Assembly: GCA_951406725.2 (NCBI GenBank)
Contig: OX597827.1
Coordinates: 26,164,001 to 26,228,000 of the forward strand
DNA length: 64,000 bases
Direction: 5' to 3'
From: Octopus vulgaris
Taxonomy: Eukaryota
Shown one piece after another: positions 41,301 to 55,889 of this stretch (position 1 is the stretch's first letter; the number at the start of each line of letters is the position of its first letter). Both the position numbers and the translations under genes were made by a program. Under the pieces are notes generated by a model. The model did no database searches. It was given only the letters and a program-made list of their open reading frames with translations, and was not told the DNA's origin.

Positions 41301-41908
41301 CTGCCTTAATCTCCCTCTCTCCCTCTTAAATCAATCAATCTTTCCCTCTTTTCCTGCTAACAGTACAAATTTCAACAAGTTCTTATATGGTTCAACAATA
41401 TAATATCATTTAAAAGTACAATGATACGTCCATATAATTCATATAATGAATAACAGAAATGTAATCTAAACATACGAATAAAAATATAGCATTATACAAA
41501 ATCTGCAGGGTTGCTTTTATGCAGTATGCGATGCGAGCGGGGGGAGTATTCGGGGAACTGTTTCATCTATATGTAGTCACACTACTTAAAGTGCTAAAAT
41601 AACGGCAAATAGTAATTGTAAAGTTATGTTATACAGTTGTCATAATACTAAAGTATAAAGCCATGTTCACTGAAACAAGATGTCGATATATTGGTACACG
41701 ATGTTAGTTGTAAACTGAATTCAGAAAATGAACAGACATTAGTAAAATGACTGAGGGCTACGAAAATGAATTATGAGAGTGTGTATATACGTACATACAA
41801 AACACACACAACATATATATATATATATATATATACGTCTGTTGCATATATACATTCATATATGTATATGTGTGTGTGTTTCTGTATATATATGCATATA
41901 TATATATA

Positions 41909-42035
<127 letters not shown>

Positions 42036-43893
42036 ATGGAAACCTGATATATTGTTAGGAATTGTGAAACGATGTCTCCGATATTTCGATGTTCTGAGGC
42101 CAAATTCTGTACACCAATGAGATATTTATAACATATTAGTTACACTTCATTAAAAGAAACTATAGAGCTGCAATGTCGCAAAATGATATCCAAAATTTAC
42201 TCTAAATAGAATTTCAATTTCCCTCTGTCTCTCTTTCTCTTTCTCTGTTTTGTGTCTCTCTCTATCTCCCTTTCTCACACTCTCTTTCTCTTTCCTCCTT
42301 CTCTCTCTTCCTCCTTTCCTCCTTCTCCCTTCTCTTTCTCCGCTTTCCTCGTTGCTCCATTCAATTTTGATAGACATAGATGTAATGTACAATATTTTAT
42401 TCTCTGCTAAGATATATATATATACTCATTTCTATGTAAAAATATATAACCAGCTTTTTGCATTGACCTTTTTTCCTGTCTAGACTACCATCTTTAGGCA
42501 ACTGATAAACAATATACATTTAAATTATATCACTTCTTTATTCGTAATTCGTAATGTTCGAATTAAGTTTTATTTCATGTTAACTTTACTGTGTATTATA
42601 GTTTTAATGACTTTTAATCAATGAAGTTTTCGCTGGTCAATCTGAGGCGCCACTTATCTGCTGAAAGATTTCGTGACATTATCACCTGAGTTGGTTGCAA
42701 TTAAATCGATATTTGCAATGTTCTAAATTACTGGTCGAATTTCATTGTGACTTAATTGGTTCAAGATTTCTGTTGGTTTATGTCACTTGCACAATACAAT
42801 AAATTAATTATATTTCATAGACTCAGTCAATATACGGGTACACGAAATATGAATTTAATGATGGTGACGATGGAGCTTTTCGAATATTCAATGTTGAATG
42901 CTTTGAATAATTGTCAAGTTAAATGTAAATCTTAATGATTACCAAAGAGGAGCAAACAACCATATATTATAAATAGATCTAACTAGAATTCGATGTCGTC
43001 ATGTTGACCTTAATCAGGATGACGTTGGCGTGAAGTAATCCACGGTTAAGACAAATCACACAACGCCATGGAAATAGCTGAAAAACCACCGGAAACTTCT
43101 TTCTATGATAATTACACCATCAAGAACAACGTAGAGGTTACTGAGAAAGCATCGATGTTATTCCAGCTGAAAAGAGACGATCAGTAAGGTCAGTGAAATA
43201 TCGGTTAAATTCAGATCTAAGTTTCATAAATCCTGGTTGAAATGCCTAGATGAAGATATGTGTTGTAAGAGTCGAAACAGACAATGAAGCCGAGATACAA
43301 CACTGATGATGTGTCCAAATATTGAATATTGAAAGCGAGGATGATGTTTTTTTTCCCCGAAATAGAAAATGGGTGTCAGTATCCGAGTATTACGGGACAT
43401 TATTTAACCCGGGCAGATGAAGAACAAATTTTGGGTTAACAGAATTTGAACTCCACAAGTAAAAGACCGTAACTAAATATCGCAGGAATTACATTAGTCC
43501 TGAAAGTTCTGTAAAAACATTGATTTTCACATATCGAATGAGTGTCGGGACAAACAGGGAAATTTTGTCACTCGTAAAGAAATGATTAACACTATTAGGT
43601 GATCGTGCATTTCTTTACCTCAGCGATTCTCAAATAACACATAACAGACCATCAAAGCTTATAAGTATCTATGTTTGCACATAGTCTATATATGTATATA
43701 TATTACACACACACACATGTATATATATATATATATATACATGTACACAGACATGCAGGAAGTAACTAGACAACATTAATTATCAAAATTTCTTATCTAA
43801 GCGTCTTAATGTTTTCAGCAGTGTAGAATTTACAATGTAATTATTATTTTACTTTCCAGGTGCCATTATATTAAATATTTGCGGAGAGTAACT

Positions 43894-44252
43894 ATGCCAC
43901 GCACAAAAATTTATCAGAACAGTCAGATTTTCAAAGAGGTCGTACTGTTGCGTAATCTAAGGCTGGTCTTAACCAGCGAAAAATTGTCGAAAATATTCAA
44001 ATTTTTCTTGCTACTGTTAATAGAATTATAGTGCAATTTAAAAGCCAAAGAAAAGAATCAACAGATTCTCATCCCGCCTGACCTGGGCCCTCGAAAAGGA
44101 AGCTTCGTTGTTTGAAGAGAATTGTGGAAAACGAACCCCGTTCGAAGGCTTCTCAGATTGCAAAACAGCTAGAAGTTAGTCCAAGAACGTGTGTTGCATA
44201 TCTGTATAAGCTTGGGTATTATGGACGAGCAGCTAGAAGAATACCTCTCCTT
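43894..44252 (+). pseudogene. Tc1-like transposase N-terminal (HTH) remnant
   Basis: Manual translation: [69 protein letters not shown]. Confidence 0.72.
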
Positions 44253-44388
44253 TAACCAATTACTATCAAATACAAGATTTTGAAAATTAAAGGTGTCTAT
44301 TTGCTTCCTGCATGTCTGTGTATACATGTATGTATGTGTGTATGTATGTATGTATGTATGTATGTATGTATGTATGTATGTATGTATG

Positions 44389-44447
<59 letters not shown>

Positions 44448-44449
<2 letters not shown>

Positions 44450-44905
44450 GAAGGGAGAGAGAGTGAGTTTACAATTTATAGGAAAAACCCAGGGAAATAA
44501 TTACAAGGTAGCTAAATGTTGCCTAAATGTCCCTGGATTTAATTCCGGGAGAGTATGTCGTATGTAGTCGAAAATAGAAAAATTGAATTAGGGGACGAAC
44601 GTTCAGGATGCTAAACCGTTTATATCTTGAAGTCTTTTACATACGCCCATTATTTAAGAATCGTTGCGCATGATCGCCTAATAATTTTGAATCATATCTT
44701 AACAATGATTGAATTTCACTGGTTATTTGTCCTGACATTCATTCGATATGCGACAATGTCTTTTATAGAACCTTTAGCACTAATGTAAAACTTCCTGCGA
44801 TATTTAGTTACGGCTTTTGGAGTGCGTCCGCCGAGCATATGTGGACGGCTTCAAGATATAAATGGTTTAATACCATCCCGAGCGTTTATCTCCTTATTCA
44901 ATTTT

Positions 44906-44910
<5 letters not shown>
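44448..44910. mobile_element. Fold-back element in (TA)n (arms about 44575-44635 / 44847-44910)
   Basis: GAAAAATTGAAT..AAACCGTTTATATCTTGAAG / CTTCAAGATATAAATGGTTT..ATTCAATTTTCC. Confidence 0.7.
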
Positions 44911-44956
<46 letters not shown>

Positions 44957-45020
44957 AATAAGGAGAAAATGGAGAGGTAATTAATAAAGTATTGTTTATT
45001 AATTATAAAATTTGACAGCA

Positions 45021-46666
45021 TATCTGACAGCAGCTGTTTCGATTCAGTAATCTATCTATATAAAAGAGGCAAAAACTTGCACACTTTGGATTTGGTAAGG
45101 ATTCAATGGCACTAGAGCTGAAAATTGGCAGGGATACTGAATGCGTGGTGAGTATGCGACCCGCGATGATTAAAATTCGCAGGCTATAATGATGTGGTTG
45201 CTATGGCAAAAAGAGTGATTTTTAAAAATATTTCAGCATTCAGAAATAGATACGTTGTAAGTGGAACAACTCAGTAATTTCAATAATTACATTTACAAGT
45301 AACGACTGTACATAAATATCAAGATTACTTATCTTTTGCAAAATAATATGTGCGTGTGCATGCACGTTTGCATACGTGTGTGTGTGCGTGCGTGAGTGTG
45401 TGCATGTGTGTGTGTGTGTATGTGTGTTATTTGTATGTGTGTGGGTGCGTGCATACGAGCGCGAGAGTTGGCTGTTTATTCAATCGAACATAAAGAAATC
45501 AAAAACGTATTAAAAAAAGCAGTTAATAATTTTAAGAATAATTTCACCAAACCTGATAGTATAAAAGGTAGCAAAGCATGATAAAAGATAATAAGAGTAG
45601 AAATTAATATTACTTTTTGCATATAAGGGATCCACTGAGTGGTTTCTCCTCTTGTCTATCTACCTACATAAAAGAGGAAAAAAACTTGCACACTTTGGCT
45701 TTGGTAAGGATTCAATGGCACTAGACGTGCTAGGATGGAGCTGAAAATTTACACACCTATAGAAGGCGTGGTGTAGTTACGGCCGGTTTCAAATCTCTAT
45801 CTTGATCACAAAGGCCCGAAACAATGTATTTTCTGCGAGTGAATGGATGTCATACACTATTGCCTTGAGTTGTGTTCACGTAACATGTTGGATTCTACGC
45901 GTGACTGTGCGCGTGTTTGCGCGAATGCAACGGAAGAATGGGGCGAAAACACGTTTAATTTTTCGAACAACAAAATATGAGCATATACGTAGAAAATTTT
46001 CCTGAATCGATTGGAGCAAGTTTGAATTCTCTAGCTTGAAAAATGCGAATTCTAGCAGTTTTGAGTGTGTCTTTTTAAGGAGTACTAAGTTGAAAATGGT
46101 GTCAAAAAATAGCTCAAAATGAGAGAATTATTTTGCAGACCGAATCGCCTCAAAAATCGAACGGGAGGTGCTCTTAATATCGATGGAAATATTCATGAAA
46201 ATGATCTCGCTAAGTTGTGTAAGCATCCATATGTCAATTTTTTGCGAGGTGAATTGTCTGTGCATGGCAGCTTTGGTAGCCTTCAACTAACACTTTCTCC
46301 TCCGAGAACCTGCGGTGCGAGTTGACCAAAATTGAGAGTATGATAGAAGAAGGTTAGCTCTTCCTTCTGTAGAATCCAAATCGGATCATGTTAACACCAA
46401 AAATCTTTTACATCAAAAAGGTGCTTTTTCTATGAAAATCCCTATATTTTACGATTTTTTGACTGCTGTGTCGCCAATTTCGATGTATTTCAACCAGAAA
46501 AATGTTCACTTAAAGAGAATAACAAGTTACATAATGCAAAAGTTTTACTTATCAAAAATTGCAATTCTAAAGGGTCGAAAAGAAAACAAACCAGAGCAAC
46601 GCCCAGCGATACTGCTAGTTAATTTATAAAATTAAAATCATTATAAGATGAATCTCTTCAGAGGTA
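45021..46666 (-). ncRNA. Hammerhead ribozyme split by a Helitron insertion
   Basis: 5' half 46666..46649 is UACCU-CUGAAGA-GAUUCA. 3' half 45046..45021 is UGAAUC-GAAAC-AGCUGCU-GUC-AGAUA. The stem II halves are perfectly complementary. Confidence 0.72.
45051..46618 (+). mobile_element. Non-autonomous Helitron with duplicated 5' end
   Basis: Starts TCTATCTATATAAAA after an A and ends ..GAGCAACGCCCAGCGATACTGCTAG before a T (A|TC...CTAG|T, no TSD). The 5' end recurs at about 45659. Confidence 0.82.
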
Positions 46667-47337
46667 GTAAAGATAGACCGATTAGAAATATTTGTTGAGA
46701 TAACGGCTGCAAACCGTTAATTCATGGTTTATGTAGTTGCCTTATAGTTGAACTTGCTATGGATTCGTAACTAACCAATATTTTCATTGTATTTATGATC
46801 CCTTCATGAGGTTTATAACTTTTATTTGAACATGTAAATATGTATGTAAGCATGTATGTATATATATATATATATATAAATATAACTATATATGTATGTA
46901 TGTATATGTATATACACTCATCTATATGTACAAATATATTTATAAACATATATGCAGTTATATCTATGTGTCCCATTTGGGGGGCCAACTGTAAACTCCC
47001 ATAACTTATTGCGGTAAAGATCCAATCATAACATCAACGGATGGGTTACTATGTAGAACGCAAGCTACGTCACATAAAGAGAAATCGTATTTTATATGTA
47101 TATGCATTTATGCATACGTATAGTTTAATGATTTAGACGCATATAATACTTACGTACATACATACATACATATATATGAGTGTGTGTGTGTATGAATGTG
47201 TGCGTGCATGAGTATGTCGATATATATGCGTATATATATATATATATACATACATACATACATACATATATACATATATATGTGTGTGTACATATATATA
47301 TATATATGTATGTCGTATGTAGAAATATTTGTATATA

Positions 47338-47387
<50 letters not shown>

Positions 47388-48320
47388 TACATACATCTGC
47401 ATACATGCATGCACACACATACATACATAGATGCATGATGCATGCATACATACTATTCTCATGTGAGGTAAGTGAACAGATGAAGAATATTCTGAATATT
47501 CAACTCGGTTGTTAATTTAAGCTTTAGGCTTAAATTTCAGCGCATAACCAGGGAGAATGTAACGAATTTAGCGTCAATGAGTTCTCAAAACGATCGCCCG
47601 TTCTGTATAGCCGATTTCAAGATCCTACAGACAGATGCTTAATCGTGCATTTCAGGAAATAGTACATTTGGGGAAACGTAGCCAATTATGTTCTATATAG
47701 CGGCCTGACAGTTGAAATTCCATGGCGTCCATTCTAAACGGCAGACTCTGTAAGTATTTGATTCAATATAACTTTACGTCACGTCTTATAAGTCGAAATA
47801 ATACTCTGGGCATCGGATCTATATGAATCAATGTACTTGTGTATGTATGTATGTATGTATGTATGTATGTATGTATGTATGTATGTACACACACACATAT
47901 ATATATATATATACATATTCATACATGCATACATGCATATATCCATATATGTATGTATATACGTATGTGTGCATTTGTGTGTATATGTATGTATGTATAT
48001 TTGTATGCTTGTATGTACGTATGTATGTATATATATATATATACATGTTTGTATGTATATTTGTTTGCTTTTTTCTGTGTATGTGTGTAAGCATGTATCT
48101 CTGTAGATGCGTGTCTAAGAATGTATACACATGCACACATGCATATATGCGTGTACTTGTGTGTGTGTGTGTGTGTATGGTCAAAAGGGACAAGGTTGCA
48201 CTGACTATTTCCTCCAAATTTAAAACATTTCCTCCTTTATTCCTCCCCGTGTCTTAGCGTCTTACGCGCCATCCTTCTCTTCCTCTCTCTTTCTCTCTCA
48301 TTCTTTTTCTCTCTCAAACT

Positions 48321-48368
<48 letters not shown>

Positions 48369-49296
48369 ACTAAAAATCTCCTCCATTTTCGCCTATATAT
48401 CTCTTTTTTTCTTTTTCTCGTTTCAATACGCCATTTACCGAATACTCCTCATTTTCCCTTTCACCGACATATTCCCTGCCTTTTAACACCAACCACTAAC
48501 TCCCTGCCATTTTCATAATACTCTAGATTATCCAAACTCCCAGGAGCTAAGCATGGAGAAAGTGTTTTTACATCCGGAAGTTGAAATTTCAATAAAGAAT
48601 CACAAATGAGAGCTGAAGGATTTTCTTTCTTGTCTCCAATCTGAGAAGAAATTATAATGAATGATTTAATAAGTTCAGCGCTCATTTAACATATCTCGAT
48701 TCATGCCATTGACTCGATTAACTTATTTTGAATTTCTCTTTTATTTACAATTGTATAAAATGGATGCCTTCATTTGTGCTTCTTACGATGATGAGGATAC
48801 ATTTGGTAAAACACAAATATTCGCCTTCGTGTCTTTTGAATACATCCACACTTCGTAGATCATTGCATTTCTGTTTTTTTTTTTTCTTACATAGTACTGA
48901 AATCTGTGGTCTCTTGAGCCACAAACCTCTGCAATATTGGGCCCCTATTCTAGATAGGGAAGTTGAGATCGTGGTTAAGTGACGGAGAAAAGTTTCTCTC
49001 GCAAGAAACAACATGTTTTCAGTTACTTTTATTGTAAGATTCTCAGGATCCACTCAGCCCATTGTATACATATTGCGCCATTTCATAAATTTCAACACGG
49101 AGTGATGAATAATTACACTTGTCGAATCCCGGATCTCGTTTCGTGCTGATTGCAATTCCAGTTTTTTCAATACACCCTTCTATTCTATATTCTGATTACA
49201 GTGACTTTATCTATATTATTGTTAAATTTAACTTTTTACAGATGTCACTTTCGCTCTGTATTCATGTTTGTCGTAAAAACCACGCAGTGGACTATG

Positions 49297-49378
<82 letters not shown>

Positions 49379-49379
49379 A

Positions 49380-49416
<37 letters not shown>

Positions 49417-49884
49417 ATCAATATAGGGTGGCAAAAAAAATTTTGTAGAATTTTTTTGCCACCAGCGGCCTAGTGGGAAAAAATTAAATAGTCATAGACC
49501 ATTTATAAGTTCAACATAACAATCAAGGAACGGCCATAATAGGCCATTCACCCACTAGAAATAACAGCCAAAGCTTTAACCGCAAAATAACATTAATTCC
49601 GTAAACCAGGAGAAAATTAAAAAAACATTTACCCTGTAATTTCTTATACGATGCACCGTTTCATCTACTGTTTAATGGTAAACTAACCTGATTAAATTAA
49701 ATCAAGCCAATCTTCCATAGGCCCTTAGATTCCTCAGTAAGAAATAGCCAGAACGGAACAGATATTTTCACGAGGCATTTCCGTCCCTGCCTCGGCAATA
49801 TCTGACCTAAAATTTTCAAATCATCGCACTCGCGCCAAATTTATCGGCAGCAAATAAATATAAGCCGCCGATTCCATTACGGAA

Positions 49885-49963
<79 letters not shown>

Positions 49964-50077
49964 CATACATACTTGGAAGAGGATGCGTGGCTTTCAATCA
50001 TATAATAAATATAAATAATAAATTTATATGCATATATACATACGTATATGTACATACTTACATCTATACGTATATGT

Positions 50078-50390
50078 ATTGGGTTGGCAACTAAGTTCCC
50101 GCCGTTTTTTTTAATTTTGGAGTTCATTGCGTTTTTAAATTTTGGAATCTTTTTTTCTCAAGAATTCTATTTTTGAATCATTTTGGAATCTGTTTCTTTT
50201 TTTTACTAGTTAATTTTAGTTAATTTTTGTTTATTTTCAGATTATTAAAATGGAATTTCAAGTTAAGAAAACGAGCATTTTCGACACCTCCTTCGTTTTG
50301 CTTTTAATCAAGGATCTAAGGTAACAGAAGCTGCTCACGACATTTGTGCTGTGTATGGAGAGGGTGCCGTAGCTGAAAGAACCGTTCGTT
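50078..50390 (+). mobile_element. mariner 5' end (TIR + start of transposase)
   Basis: TA-TTGGGTTGGCAACTAAGTT TIR-like end, then EHFRHLLRFAFNQGSKVTEAAHDICAVYGEGAVAERTVR. Confidence 0.75.
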
Positions 50391-51015
50391 CAAAGCAGCT
50401 TAAAAACCGATGACGTTAATCACAGTGGAGATTATCAGTAAGTGTTTGATTCTTGTCTAACAGTTCGCAATAGACAATACCTTCAATATTTCACCATACA
50501 GTCAGCATGATCTTCCTTAGATGAAGCCTTCCTCTTGCTTTTTAAACAGGTCTTCCTCTTCGACTGATCCACAAACGGTGGCGTTTAACGTTATGGTAAA
50601 GGATCCACTTCTTATCACCTGTAATAAACCCTCCTAAAAATGGTTCCTTAATGTGTCGTGAAACTATGATCGACAACAAACAACACGCTGTTGTAGATTC
50701 CATTGAATCGGTTCGTGTGGGATCCATTTTCTAACCATTGAAACCTTTCCGATCCTTTTCTCTACAAGTTCTCTACAAGTAGCGGCTAAAGTTTCTGCGA
50801 CAACAGTTTGCATCTCTTCAGATCAAGTTTTTTTGAACGACCTTCTTTCGGCTCGTCTTTCAAATTCAAGTCCTTACTTCTGAAGCGAGAAAACCATCTC
50901 CTTCAACTTCTTCCACTTACTACAACATCCCCATAAACTCTCTGAAGAGACTTTGCTGCTGGGCTTGTATTGATACATTTATGAAACTCGTAGAGGAAGA
51001 CATCTCCATTGTGAT
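50391..51015 (-). pseudogene. Second mariner transposase remnant, opposite orientation
   Basis: ORF 50542..50727 has FITGDKKWILYHNVKR (TGDEKW motif), with LHLRKIMLTVW downstream. Confidence 0.72.
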
Positions 51016-51130
51016 CTTTAGATCGAACGGATACGGTTTCGAATATAGCAGAGGATTATCGGCAATACAACCAGATTCTGAAAGACATTCTTAAAACAAT
51101 TGAAGAGGCACAATTTTAGAAAATACTATC

Positions 51131-51205
<75 letters not shown>

Positions 51206-51360
51206 CAGGCTGATTCTTTATATTCATCGATGATGAATATATTCATACAGACATACATACATACATGCATACATACATACATATGTATATATACATATAT
51301 ATGTGTGCGTGTGTGTGTTTGTGTGTGTGAGTGTGTGTGTGTTTGTGTTTGTGTGTGTGC

Positions 51361-51398
<38 letters not shown>

Positions 51399-51487
51399 TG
51401 AGAATTTACAAAAAAAATCAGAAGACAAAAATGAGTGTGTAATCAACAAACAAATGTATTAGTTTAATGCTCGGAAAGTGAGAAAGT

Positions 51488-51523
51488 CTTTTACGTTTTG
51501 ATCCCGCGCTCTTCGACAGAAAG
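51488..51523 (-). ncRNA. Decayed hammerhead motif in a related element (about 51400-51590)
   Basis: Minus strand CUUU-CUGUCGA-A-GAGC-GCGG-GAUC-AAAAC-GUA-AAAG. Downstream GAGCATTAAACTAATA matches the 27300 region. Confidence 0.5.
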
Positions 51524-53529
51524 GAACACAAAACTAAACAGGGAGAGAAGACAGAATAAGTTTTAATTGCTAACGGTCTATCATATATACCTGTGGAGGT
51601 GTAATGGCCCAGGGGCTAGGGCAGCGGATTCGCGGACATAGTATCGTGGTTTCGATTCCCAGACAACTTTCTCTCACTCTCTCTTCCTGTTTCTGTTGCA
51701 CCTGTATTTCAAAGGGCCAGCCTTGTCGCACTCTGTGTTACTCTGAATCTCCCCGAAACTACATAAAGAGTAAACGTGTCTGTGGATTGATCAGTCACTT
51801 TCACGTTAATTTTATGAGCAAGCAGTTCCGTTGATCGGATCAACTGGAACCCTCGTCGTCGTAACCGACGGAGTGCCTCAGATTTGTTGAATTCGCTTGC
51901 TTTTACTTTGATTAATCTGTTAAGCTTTTATATTTTACTTTTGTATTTGTATTACGGCTCTTTACGTTCTGAGTTTAAATCTGTCCAAGAACGAATTTAC
52001 TTTTCATTCTATCGAGGTTTATAAATTAAAGTACCAGTTATGTAATGAGATCAATGGCAAAATTTTATCCCGCCCTTCAAAGCAGTCAGGCAGAAACCAT
52101 TGTAGCCGTCAGAAACCAATGTAATATGAGGATATTGGACTATTCCAAAGTTTAGACTTCTTGTAGGAGACGAAACTATCAGGAAATTCTTTGCACTCGA
52201 TACCCTTACTGCCAGGATTAATGCCGTCTTTTCTGTGCGCAGAAGATTCTTTCAAATTCCCAGATGAAGGAAAGAACAAATGAAAAGAACATGAGTGTTG
52301 CTAAATCCCAGCCATCTATTTCTGATATTCTAGCACCAGGAACTTAAAAGCAAACGATTAATATTTAAAGACGCACAAAAACATAACTGTTCCCCAAAAT
52401 GGTTCCAAAGTTACCAAAAACTTTTAAACGTTAATTAATAGGATTTCTTTGTAGTTTTGTGAATCAGTCGTCTGTAAATGACTATAAGTGTAACAAAGCA
52501 GCGACGAATATTTTCGGTTTGGCGGTTAACCAATTAAAGATTCTAAATATACAGAATAAAAAAAGAACTAAAAGCCCAAAGCATGAGACATGTACACAAA
52601 AAGACAAAAAGACATTCTTAGAACATTCATCACAGAACAGTCATTTCAAATGAAAGGCTGCAGCATGGTCTTCATGGCGATGGGTAATACAAACTGAAGA
52701 AATAAAGAACTATTTTAGACACATATGGTATGTAAGAAAACCAGCTGTGTAAACACACCAATAAGCATCGATGATGAATATATTCTTTCCCATAAAACTC
52801 GTTCAACCTTTGCATCGATGTAAAGTCATTCGTGGTAATAAGATAGTTTCGTAGCCTGTTCATTTTATGTAAAAATAGATATAATTTTTCGCTAAGCAGT
52901 AAATGTAAATATATTTCTGTCTGGCTTTTTGTGGGTTATAGAATTCATTGTCATTTCAGACTGCAGATAGAGCTATGCATTCAGGTTTACCATATTTAGT
53001 TTGGTTCCATGATATGAGAATGGTCCAGTGTTTCTTTGTACATTTCTTTTTGAATATTAGTATTTACATTGTATTTATATTTCATTGGCTAACATACATA
53101 TACATATGTATACTGAAGAGCGTAGGCTCGAAACGTATATACAGAACATATATAAATATCTGCATACATTCACACACAGCCAAACACGCGTTCAAAGAGA
53201 TCTAGGAATAAACACTTCTTGGTGCAGCACAGAGAACTTATATTCATAATGAAAATAAAAAAGTTAGAAATTATGAAAGTCATGTCTTTGTAATGATTGC
53301 AACTTTCTGTAGGAAATATAACGAAATATTGTTTCATTTTCACTGGTTTCAAATTTTCTCCAGGTTTTTCTGTCGTTTTCTGGATCTGGAAAGTTGATCC
53401 CACCCTGGACAACTACACCCAAGAAGATTTAAGCATCATTCCTTTCCTTTCTTTCGAAACCTTCCAAAACACTTAATGACAACAACTAGTCGATCGGTTC
53501 AGGAAATTATTATTTTTCTAAACTAAACA

Positions 53530-54002
53530 AGCAAAGGTAGGAACTATTGCAATTTTGTGCCATAAATGGTCTCATGGTTACAAAATCAAGAGTTGGGGCA
53601 AGATCAACAAAGGCATCCTCCTCCTGCAGGACAACGCTCCGGTCCACAACTCGCGTGTCGCCAGATCAGAAGCACAGGCGTACGGCTATGAACTCCTCCC
53701 CCATCCCCTCTACTCTCCTGACCATGCACCCTCTAATTTTCACCTCTTCCCAGCCATGAAGTTGTTTTTGAAAGGAAAGCGTTTCCCAGATGACGCAGCC
53801 TTGATTTCTGAAGTCACGTCGTGGTTGGAGGACCAAGCTAAGGTCTTCTACAAAAACGGTCTCCAGAGCTACATCAAACGATGGGAGAAAAGCGTAACTC
53901 TGGGTGGTTCCTATGTAGAAAAAGACTAATAACTGTGCCAAGTTTCGTTGCTCTACTGCTATGGGAAGTGGGTCAGGGGCATTACTTATTGAACACCCCT
54001 CG
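53530..54002 (+). mobile_element. mariner 3' half (DD34D transposase C-terminus + right TIR)
   Basis: ORF 53555..53929 has LLLQDNAPVH..LPHPLYSPDHAPSNFHLF..RWEK..GGSYVE. Ends TTATTGAACACCCCTCG-TA. Confidence 0.88.
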
Positions 54003-54406
54003 TATTAACTGGAGTGTCAGATACATAAATTACCATTATTATTATAAGGAAGATGAGGATGGAGAGAGAAGTGCTGCCCCCAGTACATCTGCTAAATGTG
54101 AATGTAGCGAGAATGACCTACTCTAATAATGTGCCTGTAGGTTAGTGAATTTGAGAGGAAGAATGGTGTCCTTCCCGGATGCTCTCGAAGCGTTGAGTGG
54201 TTCAGGACTGGTGGGGTACCTGAGCCAACCCCAGGCGATCGTCCCACAATTGGAGAATTTTCATTGTTATATTGTTCTTGTTTGATAGTATTGTTATTGT
54301 TTCAATTGTGTACTCGTTGCTTTATGTAAAATCACCACTGTCCACGTCTACTGTATTGTTCCTATTATATGTTGACCATGGTGGCCATTATATGAAAGAA
54401 ATATTA

Positions 54407-54479
<73 letters not shown>

Positions 54480-54481
54480 CA

Positions 54482-54555
<74 letters not shown>

Positions 54556-54558
<3 letters not shown>

Positions 54559-55762
54559 TAGCTTTATTTTTATAACGTGCTTTCAATTCACTACCGAGCG
54601 CATCTCTGTGTGCCTTGGGTATGTGCTGTGATTTGTTGTGATGCTCTGATGGTTACTGTATTGAAAGTGTCCAGCGTAGGATGTCGGTAGTGCCTAGTAG
54701 TGCAATTTTCTCTATGCTATATGTGTTTGTAAGTGCTGGTATTTTTGTTATGTATTTGTCTGAATATTTTTTATCATGCCTAATGCACCTACTATGATAG
54801 GAATTGTTTCTGTTTTTAGATTCCACATTCTGGTTACCTCTATTTCAAGGTCTTTGTATTTTGAATGTTTCTCCATTTCTTTTAGAGACACGTTGTCATC
54901 TGCTGGTATTGATACATCAATTAGAAAGCATTTTGGAAAGGATATTGTAGCTGTAACATATAATTGGGACGGCTAAAGTGTTAATACCTATTATCTTGTT
55001 TTCAGAATTGAGCTCTGTTTTTAGTATTGATCTAACTCGTCTATAGTATTCTTTCTTTATTTTCTCTTTCATTTGTGTGTGTTGTGTCTTATCTAGTTCA
55101 TGGATAAGTTTGGTTTTGGTATAATTCTTTTATTTCATTGGTTTTATCTAGTATGATGTTGCTACTCTTAACTAGTTTTCCTCTTTTCAGGGTTACTTTG
55201 GCGCATTTTTCTAATCCAGATTTCATATCTATTTCTTTGGTAAATCCATGAAGTGTCTTTAGTAGTGTTTCCAGCTGTTTGTTATTTGTAGCGTACAGTT
55301 TTAGGTCACCCATATATAAAAGGTGGCTGATCGTTTTGCCGTAATATTTATATCCGCATCCAGTTCTATTTAGCATATCAGCTAGAGGTGATAGTGCCAA
55401 GCAGAAAAGGAGTGGAGAGAGCGTGCCTCCCTGGAATATTCCTCTTTTAATGGGGATGGCTTTGGTTTTTATGAGTCCCTCTTTTGTTTGGAGCTGTAGC
55501 ACTGTTTGCCATTTATTCATAGAGTATCCTATGTATTTTATAATTGTTGGTGCAACTTTGTTAATGGCTAGCGTTTCGAGGATCCATGTGTGGGGGATGC
55601 TATCAAACGCCTTTCTGTAGTTGATCCATACTGAGGCCTTTCTTCTTTCTGTGACTGTCTTCAGTTATGGCTTTATTGATCATTAGTTGATCTTTACAGC
55701 CATGTAAGCCTTTGCGGCATCATTTCTGCTCTTCTGGAAACAGGTTGTTTTCGTCCAGGTTG

Positions 55763-55765
<3 letters not shown>
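54556..55765 (-). mobile_element. Dong/R4-clade LINE family B, internally deleted copy
   Basis: ORF 55098..55520 is RT (RGIFQGGTLSPLLFCLAL, YMGDLKLY). It is joined near 54930 to the RLE C-terminus and a distinct 3' UTR. (TAA)n on both sides. Confidence 0.88.
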
Positions 55766-55822
<57 letters not shown>

Positions 55823-55829
55823 ATTATTA

Positions 55830-55886
<57 letters not shown>

Positions 55887-55889
<3 letters not shown>

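Noticed and set aside
53107-53143. Hammerhead-like UGUAUA-CUGAAGAGC-GUAG-GCUC-GAAAC-GUA-UAUACA
   Set aside because: It lacks three nucleotides relative to the family (core and stem II overlap), and stem I could be accidental TA-repeat self-complementarity. Probably a dead remnant, so not counted.
53555-53929. Domesticated SETMAR-like gene
   Set aside because: Only a C-terminal transposase fragment with an altered third catalytic position (PSNF) and an adjacent TIR. No SET domain.
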